Shown here: positions 1 through 15,600 of the stretch, one piece after another
How positions within the stretch are numbered: position 1 is the stretch's first letter
Layout: the number at the start of each line of letters is the position of its first letter
Assembly: GCA_964016885.1 (NCBI GenBank)
Contig: OZ024743.1
Span: 100,936,001-101,000,000, forward strand
Direction: 5' to 3'
Source: Eledone cirrhosa
Lineage: Eukaryota
Length of the DNA: 64,000 nt
Notes under the pieces: generated by a model
Database searches by the model: none
Seen by the model: the letters and a program-made list of their open reading frames with translations, nothing else
Told to the model about the DNA's origin: nothing
Position numbers and translations under genes: made by a program

Positions 1-3000
1 TTTCTATACATTCGCCACTCTTTCTATATATTCTGCCCTCTTTCTATATATTCCTCACTCTTTCTATATATTCTCCAATCTTTCTATATATTCCCCACTC
101 TTTCTATATATTCCCCACTCTCTCTATATATTCCTCACTCTTTCTATATATTCCTCACTCTCTCTAGAATATCTTCCGCACACTTTCTATATATTCCCCA
201 CTCTTTCTATATATTCCTCACTCTTTCTATATATTCCCCACTCTTTCTATATATTCCTCACTCTTTCTATATATTCCCCACTCTTTCTATAAGATATTCC
301 CCATTCTTTCTATATATTCCCCACTCTTTCTATATATTCCCCACTCTTTCTATATATTCCTCACTCTTTCTATAATATATTCCCCACTCTTTCGATATAT
401 TCCTCACTCTTTCTATAATATCTAACCTCACTCTTTCTATATATTCCCCACTCTTTCTAAATATTCCTCACTCTTTCTATATATTCCCCACTCTTTCTAT
501 ATTATCTAACCTCACTCTTTCTATAATATCTAACATCACTCTTTCTATATATTCCCCACTCTTTCTATATATTCCTCACCCTTTCTATATATTCCCCACT
601 CTTTCTATAATATGTTCCCCACTCTTTCTAAATATTCCCCACTTTATCTATACATTCCCCACTCTTTCTATATATTCCCCACTCTTTCTATATATTCCTC
701 ATTCTTTCTATATATTCCCCACTCTTTCTATATATACCTCACTCTTTCTATATATTCCCAACTCTTTCTATATATTCCCCATTCTTTCTATATATTCCTT
801 ACTCTTTCTATAATATATTCTCCACTCTTTCTATATATTCCGCACTCTTTCTATATATTCCCCACTCTTTCTACATATTCCCCACTCTTTTTATATATTC
901 CTCACTCTTTCTATATATTTCCCACTCTTTCTATATATTCCTCACTCTTTTTATATATTCCCCACTCTTTCTATATGTTCCCCACTCTTTCTCTATATTC
1001 TCCCCTTTTTCTATATATTCCTCACTCTTTCTATAATATATTCCCCAATCTTTCTATATATTCCCCACTCTTTCTATATATTCCCCACTCTTTCTATATA
1101 TTCTTCACTCTTTCTATATATTCCTCACTTTTTCTATAATATATTCCCCACACTTTCTATATATTCCCCACTCTTTCTATATATTCCCCACTCTTTCTAT
1201 ATATTCTTCACTCTTTCTATATATTCCCCACTCTTTCTATATATTCCTCACTCTTTCTATATATTCCTCACTTTTTCTATATATTCCCCACTCTTTCTAC
1301 AATATATTCCTCACTCTTTCTAATTATTCCCCACACATTCTATATATTCCCCACTCTTTCTATATATTCCCCATTCATTCTATATATTCCCCACTCTTTC
1401 TATTTATTCCCCACTCTTTCTATATATTCCCCACTCTTTCTATAATATGTTCCCCACTCTTTCTATATATTCCCCACTCTTTCTATATATTCCTCACTCG
1501 TTCTATATATTCCCCACTCTTTCTATATGATCCTCACTCTTTCTATAATATCTAATCTCACTCTGTCTATATATTCGCCATTCTTCGCATGTATTCCCCA
1601 CTCTTTCTATATATTACCCACTCTTTCTATATATTCCCCACTCTTTCAATATATTCCTCACTCTTTCTATATATTTCCCACTCTTTCTATATATTCCACA
1701 CTCTTTCTATATATTCCCCACTCTTTCTATAATATATTCCCCACTCTTTCTATATATTCCCCACTTTTTCTATATATTCCCCACTCTTTCTATATATTCC
1801 CCATTCTTTCTATATATTCCCCACTCTTTCTATATATCCCCACTCTTTCTATATATTCCTCACTCTTTCTATAATATATTCCCCACTCTTTCTATATATT
1901 CCTCACTCTTTCTATAATATCTAACCTCACTCTTTCTATATATTCCCCATTCTTCGTATGTATTCCCCACTCTTTCAATATATTCCTTACTCTTTCTATA
2001 TATTCCCCCTCTTTCTATATGTTCCTCACTCTTTCTATAATATATTCCCCTCTTTTTCTATATATTCCCACTCTTTCTATATATTCCCCACTCTTTCAAT
2101 ATATTCCTCACTCTTTCTATATATTTCCCACTCTTTCTATATATTCCACACTCTTTCTATATATTCCCACTCTTTCTATATATTCCCCATTCTTTCTATA
2201 TATTCCCCACTCTTTCTATATATTCCCAACTCTTTCTATATATTCCTCACTCTTTCTATAATATATTCCCCACTCTTTCTATATATTCCTCACTCTTTCT
2301 ATAATATCTAACCTCACTCTTTCTATATATTCCCCACTCTTTCTATATATTCCTCACTCTTTCTATATATTCCCCACTCTTTCTATATATTCCCCACTCT
2401 TTGTATAATATGTTCCCCACTCTTTCTATATATTCCCCACCCTTTCTATACATTCCCCACTCTTTCTATATATTCTGCAATCTTTCTATATATTCCTCAC
2501 TCTTTCTATATATTACCCACTCTTTCTATATATTCCCCACTCTTTCTATATATTCCCAACTCTTTCTATATATTCCTCACTCTTTCTATAATATATTCCC
2601 CACTCTTTCTATATATTCCTCACTCTTTCTATAATATCTAACCTCACTCTTTCTATATATTCCCCACCCTTTCTATACATTCCCCACTATTTCTATATAT
2701 TCTGCACTCTTTCTATATATTCCTCTCTCTTTCTATATATTCTCCAATCTTTCTATATATTCCCCACTCTCTCTATATATTCCTCACTCTTTCTATATAT
2801 TCCTCACTCTCTCTAGAATATCTTCCACACACTTTCTATATATTCCCCACTCTTTCTATATATTCCTCACTCTTTCTATATATTCCCCACTCTTTCTATA
2901 TATTCCTCACTCTTTCTATATATTCCCCACTCTTTCTATAATATATTCCCCATTCTTTTTATATATTCCCCACTCTTTCTATATATTCCCCACTCTTTCT

Positions 3001-4100
3001 ATATATTCCTCACTCTTTCTATAATATATTCCCCACTCTTTCGATATATTCCTCACTCTTTCTATATATTCCCCACTCTTTCTAAATATTCCTCACTCTT
3101 TCTATATATTCCCCACTCTTTCTATATTATCTAACCTCACTCTTTCTATAATATCTAACCTCACTCTTTCTATATATTACCCACTCTTTCTATATATTCC
3201 TCACTCTTTCTATATATTCCCCACTCTTTCTATAATATGTTCCCCACTCTTTCTATATATTCCCCACTTTATCTATACATTCCCCACTCTTTCTATATAT
3301 TCCCCACTCTTTCTATATATTCCTCATTCTTTCTATATATTCCCCACTCTTTCTATATATACCTCACACTTTCTATATATTCCCAACTCTTTCTATATAT
3401 TCCCCATTCTTTCTATATATTCCTCACTCTTTCTATAATATATTCTCCACTCTTTCTATATATTCCGCACTCTTTCTATATATTCCCCACTCTTTCTATA
3501 TATTCCCCACTCTTTTTATATATTCCTCACTCTTTCTATATATTTCCCACTCTTTCTATATATTCCTCACTCTTTTTATATGTTCCCCACTCTTTCTATA
3601 TGTTCCCCACTCTTTCTATATATTCTCCACTCTTTCTATATATTCCTCACTCTTTCTATAATATATTCCCCTATCTTTCTATATATTCCCCACTCTTTCT
3701 ATATATTCCCCACTCTTTCTATATATTCTTCACTCTTTCTATATATTCCTCACTTTTTCTATAATATATTCCCCACACTTTCTATATATTCCCCACTCTT
3801 TCTATATATTCCCCACTCTTTCTATATATTCTTCACTCTTTCTATATATTCCCCACTCTTTCTATATATTCCTCACTCTTTCTATATATTCCTCACTTTT
3901 TCTATATATTCCCCACTCTTTCTACAATATATTCCTCACTCTTTCTATATATTCCCCACACATTCTATATATTCCCCACTCTTTCTATATATTCCCCATT
4001 CATTCTATATATTCCCAACTCTTTCTATTTATTCCCCACTCTTTCTATATATTCCCCACTCTTTCTATAATATGTTCCCCACTCTTTCTATATATTCCCC
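1..4100. repeat. Segmental copy pair about 1-1500 / about 2670-4100 (offset about 2.63-2.65 kb)
   Basis: Rare variants are shared in the same order: CTCTAGAATATCTT (about 162/2811), TCGATAT (392/3041), CTTTATCTATACA (about 642/3267). The ORF translations at 612 and 3237 are nearly identical (offset 2625). Confidence 0.85.
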
Positions 4101-4999
4101 ACTCTTTCTATATAATCCTCACTCTTTCTATAATATCTAATCTCACTCTGTCTATATATTCGCCATTCTTCGTATGTATTCCCCACTCTTTCTATATATT
4201 ACCCACTCTTTCTATATATTCCCCACTCTTTCTATATGTTCCCCACTCTTTCTATATATTCTCCACTCTTTCTACAATATATTCCTCACTCTTTCTATAT
4301 ATTCCTCACTCTTTTTATATATTCCTCACTTTTTCTATATATTCCCCACTCTTTCTACAATATATTCCTCACTCTTTCTATATATTCCTCACTCTTTCTA
4401 TATATTTCCCACTCTTTCTATATATTCCACACTCTTTCTATATATTCCCCACTCTTTCTATAATATATTCCCCACTCTTTCTATATATACCCCACTTTTT
4501 CTATATATTCCCCACTCTTTCTATATATTCCCCATTCTTTCTATATATTCCCCACTCTTTCTATATATCCCCACTCTTTCTATATATTCCTCACTCTTTC
4601 TATAATATATTCCCCACTCTTTCTATATATTCCTCACTCTTTCTATAATATCTAACTTCATTCTTTCTATATATTCCCCACTCTTCGTATATATTCCCCA
4701 ATATTTCTATATATACCCCACTCTTTCTATATATTCCCCACTCTTTCTATATATTCCCCACTCTTTCTATAATATGTTCCCCACTCTTTCTATATATTCC
4801 TCACTCTTTCTATATATTCCCCACTCTTTCTATATGTTCCTCACTCTTTCTATAATATATTCCCCTCTTTTTCTATATATTCCCCAATTTTCTATATATT
4901 CCCCACTCTTTCTATATATTCCCCACTCTTTCTATAATATGTTCCCCACTCTTTCTATATATTCCCCACTCTTTCTATATAATCCTCACTCTTTCTATA

Positions 5000-7900
5000 A
5001 TATCTAATCTCACTCTGTCTATATATTCGCCATTCTTCGTATGTATTCCCCACTCTTTCTATATATTACCCACTCTTTCTATATATTCCCCACTCTTTCA
5101 ATATATTCCTCACTCTTTCTATATATTTCCCAATCTTTCTATATATTCCACACTCTTTCTATATATTCCCCACTCTTTCTATAATATATTCCCCACTCTT
5201 TCTATATATTCCCCACTTTTTCTATATATTCCCCACACTTTCTATATATTCCCCATTCCTTCTATATATTCCCCACTCTTTCTATATATCCCCACTCTTT
5301 CTATATATTCCTCACTCTTTCTATAATATATTCCCCACTCTTTCTATATATTCCTCACTCTTTCTATAATATCTAACTTCACTCTTTCTATATATTCCCC
5401 ACTCTTCGTATATATTCCCCAATATTTCTATATATACCCCACTCTTTCTATATATTCCCCACTCTTTCTATATATTCCCCACTCTTTCTATAATATGTTC
5501 CCCACTCTTTCTATATATTCCCCACTCTTTCAATATATTCCTCACTCTTTCTATAATATCTAACTTCACTCTTTCTATATATTCCCCACTCTTCGTATAT
5601 ATTCCCCAATTTTCTATATATTCCCCACTCTTTCTATATATTCCCCATTCTTTCTATATATTCCCCACTCTTTCTATATATTCCCCACTCTTTCTATATA
5701 TTCCTCACGCTTTCTATAATATCTAACCTCACTCTTTCTATCTATTTCCCACTCTTCGTATATATTCTCCAATCTTTCTTTATATTCCCCACTCTTTCTA
5801 TATGTTTCCCACTCTTTCTATATATTCCTCACTCTTTCTATATATTCCTCACTCTCTCTAGAATATCTTCCACACACTTTCTATATATTCCCCACTCTTT
5901 CTATATATTCCTCACTCTTTCTATATATTCCCCACCCTTTCTATATTTTCCCGACTCTTTCTATAATATGTTTCCCACTCTTTCTATATATTCCCCACTC
6001 TTTCTATATATTCCCCACTCTTTCTATATATTCCCCACTCTTTCTATATATTCCCCACTCTTTCTATATATTTCTCACTCTTTCTAGAATATATTCCCCA
6101 CTCTTTCTATATATTCCTCACTCTTTCTATAATATCTAACCTCACTCTTTCTATATATTCCCCACTCATCGTATATATTCCCCACTCTTTCTATATATTC
6201 CCCACTGTTTCTATAATATCTAACCTCACTCTTTCTATATATTCCCCACTCTTTCTATATATTCCTCACTCTTTCTATATATTCCCCACTCTTTCTATAT
6301 ATTCCCCACTCTTTCTATAATATGTTCCCCACTCTTTCTATATATTCCCCACTCTTTGTATGCATTCCCCACTCTTTCTATATATTCTGTACTCTTTCTA
6401 TATATTCCTCACTCTTTCTATATATTACCCACTCTTTCTATATATTCCCCACTCTTTCTATAATATCTTCCCCACTCTTTCTATATATTCCCCACTCTTT
6501 CTATATATTCCTCACTCGTTCTATATATTCCCCACTCTTTCTATATAATCCTCACTCTTTCTATAATATCTAATCTCACTCTGTCTATATATTCGCCATT
6601 CTTCGTATGAATTCCCCACTCTTTCTATATATTACCCACTCTTTCTATATATTCCCCACTCTTTCAATATATTCCTCACTCTTTCTATATATTTCCCACT
6701 CTTTCTATATATTCCTCACTCTTTCTATATATTCCCCACTCTTTCTATAATATATTCCTCACTCTTTCTATATATTCCCCACTTTTTCTACATATTCCCC
6801 ACTCTTTCTATATATTCTCCATTCTTTCTATATACTCCCCACTCTTTCTATATATCCCCACTCTTTCTATATATTCCTCACTCTTTCTATAATATATTCC
6901 CCACTCTTTCTATATATTCCTCACTCTTTCTATAATATCTAACTTCACTCTTTCTATATATTCCCCACTCTTCGTATATATTCCCCAATATTTCTATATA
7001 TACCCCACTCTTTCTATATATTCCCCACTCTTTCTATATATTCCTCACTCTTTCTCCATATTCCTCAATCATTCTATATGTTCCCCACTCTTTCTATATA
7101 TTCCCCACTCTTTCTATATATTCCCCACTCTTTCTATTATATGTTCCCCACTCTTTCTATATATTCCCCACTCTTTCTATATATTCCTCACTCGTTCTAT
7201 ATATTCCCCACTCTTTCTATATAATCCTCACTCTTTCTATAACATGTAACCTCACTCTTTCTATATATTCCCCATTCTTCGTATGTATTCCCCACTCTTT
7301 CAATATATTCCTTTCTCTTTCTATATATTCCCCCTCTTTCTATATGTTCCTCACTCTTTCTATAATATATTCCCCTCTTTTTCTATATATTCCCCAATTT
7401 TCTATATATTCCCCACTCTTTCTATATATTCCCCATTCTTTCTATATATTCCCCACTCTTTCTATATATTCCCCACTCTTTCTATATATTCCTCACTCTT
7501 TCTATAATATCTAACCTCACTCTTTCTATCTATTCCCCACTCTTCGTATATATTCTCCAATCTTTCTATATATTCCCCACTCTTTCTATATATTCCCCAC
7601 TCTTTCTATATATTCCCCACTCTTTCTATAATATATTCCCCACTCTTTCTATATATTCCCCACTTTTTCTATATATTCCCCACTCTTTCTATATATTCCC
7701 CATTCTTTCTATATATTCCCCACTCTTTCTATATATCCCCACTCTTTCTATATATTCCTCACTCTTTTTATAATATATTCCCCACTCTTTCTATATATTC
7801 CTCACTCTTTCTATAATATCTAACTTCACTTTTTCTATATATTCCCCACTCTTCGTATATATTCCCCAATATTTCTATATATACCCCACTCTTTCTATAT

Positions 7901-9600
7901 ATTCCCCACTCTTTCTATATATTCCCCACTCTTTCTATAATATGTTCCCCACTCTTTCTATATATTCCTCACTCGTTCTATATATTCCCCACTCTTTCTA
8001 TATAATCCTCACTCTTTCTATAACATCTAACCTCACTCTTTCTATATATTCCCCATTCTTCGTATGTATTCCCCACTCTTTCAATATATTCCTCACTCTT
8101 TCTATATATTCCCCACTCTTTCTATATGTTCCTCACTCCTTCTATAATATATTCCCCTCTTTTTCTATATATTCCCCAATTTTCTATATATTCCCCACTC
8201 TTTCTATATATTCCCCACTCTTTCTATAATATGTTCCCCACTCTTTCTATATATTCCCCACTCTTTCTATATAATCCTCACTCTTTCTATAATATCTAAT
8301 CTCACTCTGTCTATATATTCGCCATTCTTCGTATGTATTCCCCTCTCTTTCTATATATTACCCACGCTTTCTATATATTCCCCACTCTTTCAATATATTC
8401 CTCACTCTTTCTATATATTTCCCAATCTTTCTATATATTCCACACTCTTTCTATATATTCCCCACTCTTTCTATAATATATTCCCCACTCTTTCTATATA
8501 TTCCCCACTTTTTCTATATATTCCCCACTCTTTCTATATATTCCCCATTCTTTCTATATATTCCCCACTCTTTCTATATATCCCCACTCTTTCTATATAT
8601 TCCTCACCCTTTCTATAATATATTCCCCACTCTTTCTATATATTCCTCACTCTTTCTATAATATCTAACTTCACTCTTTCTATATATTCCCCACTCTTCG
8701 TATATATTCCCCAATATTTCTATATATACCCCAGTCTTTCTATATATTCCCCACTCTTTCTATATATTCCCCACTCTTTCTATAATATGTTCCCCACTCT
8801 TTCTATATATTCCCCACTCTTTCTATATGTTCCTCACTCTTTCTATAATATATTCCCCTCTTTTTCTATATATTCCCCAATTTTCTATATATTCCCCACT
8901 CTTTCTATATATTCCCCATTCTTTCTATATATTCCCCACTCTTTCTATATATTCCCCACTCTTTCTATATATTCCTCACTCTTTCTATAATATCTAACCT
9001 CACACTTTCTATCTATTCCCCACTCTTCGTATATATTCTCCAATCTTTCTATATATTCCCCACTCTTTCTATATGTTTCCCACTCTTTCTATATATTCCT
9101 CACTCTTTCTATATATTCCTCACTCTCTCTGGAATATCTTCCACACACTTTCTATATATTCCCCACTCTTTCTATATATTCCTCACTCTTTCTATATATT
9201 CCCCACTCTTTCTATATTTTCCCGACTCTTTCTATAATATGTTTCCCACTCTTTCTATATATTCCCCACTCTTTCTATATATTCCCCCTCTTTCTATATA
9301 TTCCCCACTCTTTCTATATATTCCCCACTCTTTCTATATATTTCTCACTCTTTCTAGAATATATTCCCCACTCTTTCTACATATTCCTCACTCTTTCTAT
9401 AATATCTAACCTCACTCTTTCTATATATTCCCCACTCATCGTATATATTCCCCACTCTTTCTATATATTCCCCACTGTTTCTATAATATCTAACCTCACT
9501 CTTTCTATATATTCCCCACTCTTTCTATATATTCCTCACTCTTTCTATATATTCCCCACTCTTTCTATATATTCCCCACTCTTTCTATAATATGTTCCCC
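5000..9600. repeat. Segmental copy pair about 5000-6300 / about 8290-9600 (offset about 3.27-3.29 kb)
   Basis: Shared ordered markers: TCTAATCTCACTCTGTC (about 5003/8295), TTTCCCAATC, TCTATCTAT (about 5737/9008), TTTTCCCGAC (about 5946/9217). Confidence 0.75.
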
Positions 9601-12600
9601 ACTCTTTCTATATATTCCCCACTCTTTCTATATATTCCCCACTCTTTCTATATATTCCCCACTCTTTCTATATATTTCTCACTCTTTCTAGAATATATTC
9701 CCCACTCTTTCTATATATTCCTCACTCTTTCTATAATATCTAACCTCACTCTTTCTATATATTCCCCACTCATCGTATATATTCCCCACTCTTTCTATAT
9801 ATTCCCCACTGTTTCTATAATATCTAACCGCACTCTTTCTATATATTCCCCACTCTTTCTGTATATTCCCCACTCTTTCCATATATTCCTCACACTTTCT
9901 ATAATATATTCCCCACTCTCTCTATATATTCCTCACCCTTTCTATAATATCTAACCTCACACTTTCTATATATTCCCCACTCATTGTAAATATTCCCCAC
10001 TCTTTCTATATATTCCCCACTCTTTCTATACATTCCCCACTCTTTCTATATATTCCCCACTCTTTCTATATATTCCTCACTTTTTCTATATATTCCCCAC
10101 TCTTTCTATAATATATTCCCCACTCTTTCTATATATTCCCCACTCTTTCTATATACCCCTCACTCTTTCTATATATTCCTCACCCTTTCTATATATTCCT
10201 CACTCTTCTATATATTCCCCACTTTTTCTATATATTCCTCACTCTTTCTATATATTCCCCACTCTTTCTATATATTCCCACTCTTTTTATTTATTCCCCA
10301 ATCTTTCTATATATTCGTCACTCTTTCTATATATTCCCCACTCTTTTTATATATTCCCCACTCTTTCTATATATTCGTCACTCTTTCTATATATTCCTCA
10401 CTCTTTCTATATATTCCCCACTCTTTCTATATACCCCTCACTCTTTCTATATACTCCTCACCCTTTCTATATATTCCTCACTCTTCTATATATTCCCCAC
10501 TCTTTCTATATATTCCCACTCTTTTTATTTATTCGCCACTCTTTCTATATATTCGTCACTCTTTCTATATATTCCCCACTCTTTTTATATATTCCCCACT
10601 CTTTCTATATATTCCTCACTCTTTCTATATATTCCTCACTCTTTCTATAATATATGCCCCACTCTTTCTATATATTCCCCACTCCTTCTATATATTCCCC
10701 ACTCTTTCTATATATTCCTCACTCTTTCTACATATTCCTCACTTTTTCTATATATTCTCCACTCTTTCTATAATATATTCCTCACTCTTTCTATATATTC
10801 CCCACTCCTTCTATATAGTCCCCACTCTTTCTATATATTCTCCACTCTTTCTATATATTCCCCACTCTTTCTATATATTCCTCACTCTTTCTATATATTC
10901 CCCACTCTTTCTATATATTCCTCACTCTTTCTATATATTCCCCACTCTTTCTATAATATATACCCAAATCTTTCTATATATTCCCTACTTTTTCTATATA
11001 TACCCCACTCTATCTATATATTCCCCACTCTTTCTATATATTACTCACTCTTTCTATAATATATTCCCCACTCTTTCTATATATTCCTCACTCTTTCTAT
11101 ATATTCCTCACTCTTTCTATATTTTCCCCACTCTTTCTATAATATGTTTCCCACTCTTTCTAAATATTCCCCACTCGTTCTATATTTTCCCCACTCTTTC
11201 TATATATTCCCCACTCTTTCTATATATTCCCCACTCTTTCTATATATTTCTCACTCTTTCTACAATATATTCCCCACTCTTTCTATATATTCCTCACTCT
11301 TTCTATAATATCTAACCTCACTCTTTCTATATATTCCCCACTCTTTCTATATATTCCTCACTCTTTCTATATATTCCCCACTCTTTCTATATATTCCCCA
11401 CTCTTTCTATAATATGTTCCCCACTCTTTCTATATATTCCCCACCTTTTCTATACATTCCCCACTCTTTCTATATATTCTGCACTCTTTCTATATATTCC
11501 TCACTCTTTCTATATATTACCCACTCTTTCTATATATTCCCCACTCTTTCTATATATTCCCAACTCTTTCTATATACTCCTCACTCTTTCTATAATATAT
11601 TCCCCACTCTTTCTATATATTCCTCACTCTTTCTATAATATCTAACCTCACTCTTTCTATATATTCCCCACTCTTCGTATATATTCTCCAATCTTTCTAT
11701 ATATTCCCCACTCTTTCTATATATTCCCCACTCTTTCTATAATATGTTCCCCACTCTTTCTATATATTCCCCACTCTTTCTATATATTCCCCACTCTTTC
11801 TATATATTCCCCACTCTTTCTATATATTTCTCAATCTTTCTAGAATATATTCCCCACTCTTTCTATATATTCCTCACTCTTTCTATAATATCTAACCTCA
11901 CTCTTTCTATATATTCCCCACTCATCGTATATATTCCCCACTCTTTCTATATATTCCCCACTGTTTCTATAATATCTAACCGCACTCTTTCTATATATTC
12001 CCCACTCTTTCCATATATTCCTCACACTTTCTATAATATATTCCCCACTCTCTCTATATATTCCTCACCCTTTCTATAATATCTAACCTCACACTTTCTA
12101 TATATTCCCCACTCATTGTAAATATTCCCCACTCTTTCTATATATTCCCCACTCTTTCTATACATTCCCCACTCTTTCTATATATTCCCCACTCTTTCTA
12201 TATATTCCTCACTTTTCCTATATATTCCCCACTCTTTCTATAATATATTCCCCACTCTTTCTATATATTCCCCACTCTTTCTATATACCCCTCACTCTTT
12301 CTATATATTCCTCACCCTTTCTATATATTCCTCACTCTTCTATATATTCCCCACTTTTTCTATATATTCCTCACTCTTTCTATATATTCCCCACTCTTTC
12401 TATATATTCCCACTCTTTTTATTTATTCCCCAATCTTTCTATATATTCGTCACTCTTTCTATATATTCCCCACTCTTTTTATATATTCCCCACTCTTTCT
12501 ATATATTCGTCACTCTTTCTATATATTCCTCACTCTTTCTATATATTCCCCACTCTTTCTATATACCCCTCACTCTTTCTATATACTCCTCACCCTTTCT

Positions 12601-15600
12601 ATATATTCCTCACTCTTCTATATATTCCCCACTCTTTCTATATATTCCTCACTCTTTCTATATATTCCCCACTCTTTCTATATATTCCCACTCTTTTTAT
12701 TTATTCGCCACTCTTTCTATATATTCGTCACTCTTTCTATATATTCCCCACTCTTTTTATATATTCCCCACTCTTTCTATATATTCCTCAATCTTTCTAT
12801 ATATTCCTCACTCTTTCTATAATATATGCCCCACTCTTTCTATATATTCCCCACGCCTTCTATATATTCCCCACTCTTTCTATATATTCCTCACTCTTTC
12901 TACATATTCCTCACTTTTTCTATATATTCTCCACTCTTTCTATAATATATTCCTCACTCTTTCTATATATTCCCCACTCCTTCTATATAGTCCCCACTCT
13001 TTCTATATATTCTCCACTCTTTCTATATATTCCCCACTCTTTCTATATATTCCTCACTCTTTCTATATATTCCCCACTCTTTCTATATATTCCTCACTCT
13101 TTCTATATATTCCCCACTCTTTCTATAATATATACCCAAATCCTTCTATATATTCCCTACTTTTTCTATATATACCCCACTCTATCTATATATTCCCCAC
13201 TCTTTCTATATATTACTCACTCTTTCTATAATATATTCCCCACTCTTTCTATATATTCCTCACTCTTTCTATATATTCCTCACTCTTTCTATATTTTCCC
13301 CACTCTTTCTATAATATGTTTCCCACTCTTTCTAAATATTCCCCACTCGTTCTATATATTCCCCACTCTTTCTATATATTCCCCACTCTTTCTATATATT
13401 TCTCACTCTTTCTACAATATATTCCCCACTCTTTCTATATATTCCTCACTCTTTCTATAATATCTAACCTCACTCTTTCTATATATTCCCCACTCTTTCT
13501 ATATATTCCTCACTCTTTCTATATATTCCCCACTCTTTCTATATATTCCCCACTCTTTCTATAATATGTTCCCCACTCTTTCTATATATTCCCCACCTTT
13601 TCTATACATTCCCCACTCTTTCTATATATTCTGCACTCTTTCTATATATTCCTCACTCTTTCTATATATTACCCACTCTTTCTATATATTCCCCACTCTT
13701 TCTATATATTCCCAACTCTTTCTATATACTCCTCACTCTTTCTATAATATATTCCCCACTCTTTCTATATATTCCTCACTCTTTCTATAATATCTAACCT
13801 CACTCTTTCTATATATTCCCCACTCTTCGTATATATTCTCCAATCTTTCTATATATTCCCCACTCTTTCTATATATTCCCCACTCTCTCTATATATTCCT
13901 CACTCTTTCTATATATTCCTCACTCTCTCTAGAATATCTTCCACACACTTTCTATATATTCCCCACTCTTTCTATATATTCCTCACTCTTTCTATATATT
14001 CCCCACTCTTTCTATATTTTCCCCACTCTTTCTATAATATGTTTCCCACTCTTTCTATATATTCCCCACTCTTTCTATATTTTCCCCACTCTTTCTATAT
14101 ATTCCCCTATCTTTCTATATATTCCCCACTCTTTCTATATATTCCTCACTCTTTCTACAATATATTCCCCACTCTTTCTATATATTCCTCACTCTTTCTA
14201 TAATATCTAACCTCACTCTTTCTATATATTCCCCACTCTTTCTATATATTCCCCACTCTTTCCATATATTCCTCACTCTTTCTATAATATATTCCCCACT
14301 CTCTCTATATATTTCTCACCCTTTCTATAATATCTAACCTCACACTTTCTATATATTCCCCACTCATTGTAAATATTCCCCACTCTTTCTATATATTCCC
14401 CACTCTTTCTATAACATCTAACCTCACTCTTTCTATATATTCCCCACTCATCGTATATATTCCCCATTCTTTCTATATATTCCTCACACTTTCTATATAT
14501 TCCCCACTCTTTCTATATATTCCCCACTCTTTCTATAATATGATCCCCACTCTTTCTATATATTCCCCACTCTTTCTATACATTCCCCACTTCTTCTATA
14601 TATTCCCCACTCTTTCTATATATTCCTCACTTTTTCTATATATTCCCCACTCTTTCTATAATATATTCCCCACTCTTTCTATATATTCCCCACTCTTTCT
14701 ATATACCCCTCACTCTTTCTATATATTCCTCACCCTTTCTATATATTCCTCACTCTTCTATATATTCCCCACTCTTTCTATATATTCCTCACTCTTTCTA
14801 TATATTCCCCACTCTTTCTATATATTCCCACTCTTTTTATTTATTCCCCACTCTTTCTATATATTCGTCACTCTTTCTATATATTCCCCACTGTTTTTAT
14901 ATATTCCCCACTCTTTCTATATATTCGTCACTCTTTCTATATATTCCTCACTCTTTCTATATATTCCCCACTCTTTCTATATATTCCCCACTCTTTCTAT
15001 ATATTCCCCACTCTTTTTATATATTCCTCACTCTTTCTATATATTCGTCACTCTTTCTATATATTCGTCACTCTTTCTATATATTCCTCACTCTTTCTAT
15101 ATATTCCCCACTCTTTCTATATACCCCTCACTCTTTCTATATATTCCTCACCCTTTCTATATATTCCTCACTCTTCTATATATTCCCCACTCTTTCTATA
15201 TATTCCTCACTCTTTCTATATATTCCCCACTCTTTCTATATATTCCCACTCTTTTTATTTATTCCCCACTCTTTCTATATATTCGTCACTCTTTCTATAT
15301 ATTACCCACTCTTTTTATATAATCCCCACTCTTTCTATATATTCCTCACTCTTTCTATATATTCCTCACTCTTTCTATAATATATTCCCCACTCTTTCTA
15401 TATATTCCCCACTCCTTCTATATATTCCCCACTCTTTCTATATATTCCTCACTCTTTCTACATATTCCTCACTCTTTCTATATATTCCCCACTCTTTCTA
15501 TAATATATTCCCAAATCTTTATATATATTCCCTACTTTTTCTATATATTCCCCACTCTATCTATATATTCCCCACTCTTTCTATATATTCCCCACTCTTT

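Noticed and set aside
1-20. Origin of the monomer from a 10-bp dimer (TTTCTATATA / TTCCYCACTC)
   Set aside because: Only 4-5 of 10 positions match, which is unconvincing in such T/C-rich sequence.
4680-4700. CTTCGTATATATTCCCC as a CENP-B box
   Set aside because: Only TTCG matches; the required downstream A and CGGG of TTCGNNNNANNCGGG are absent.
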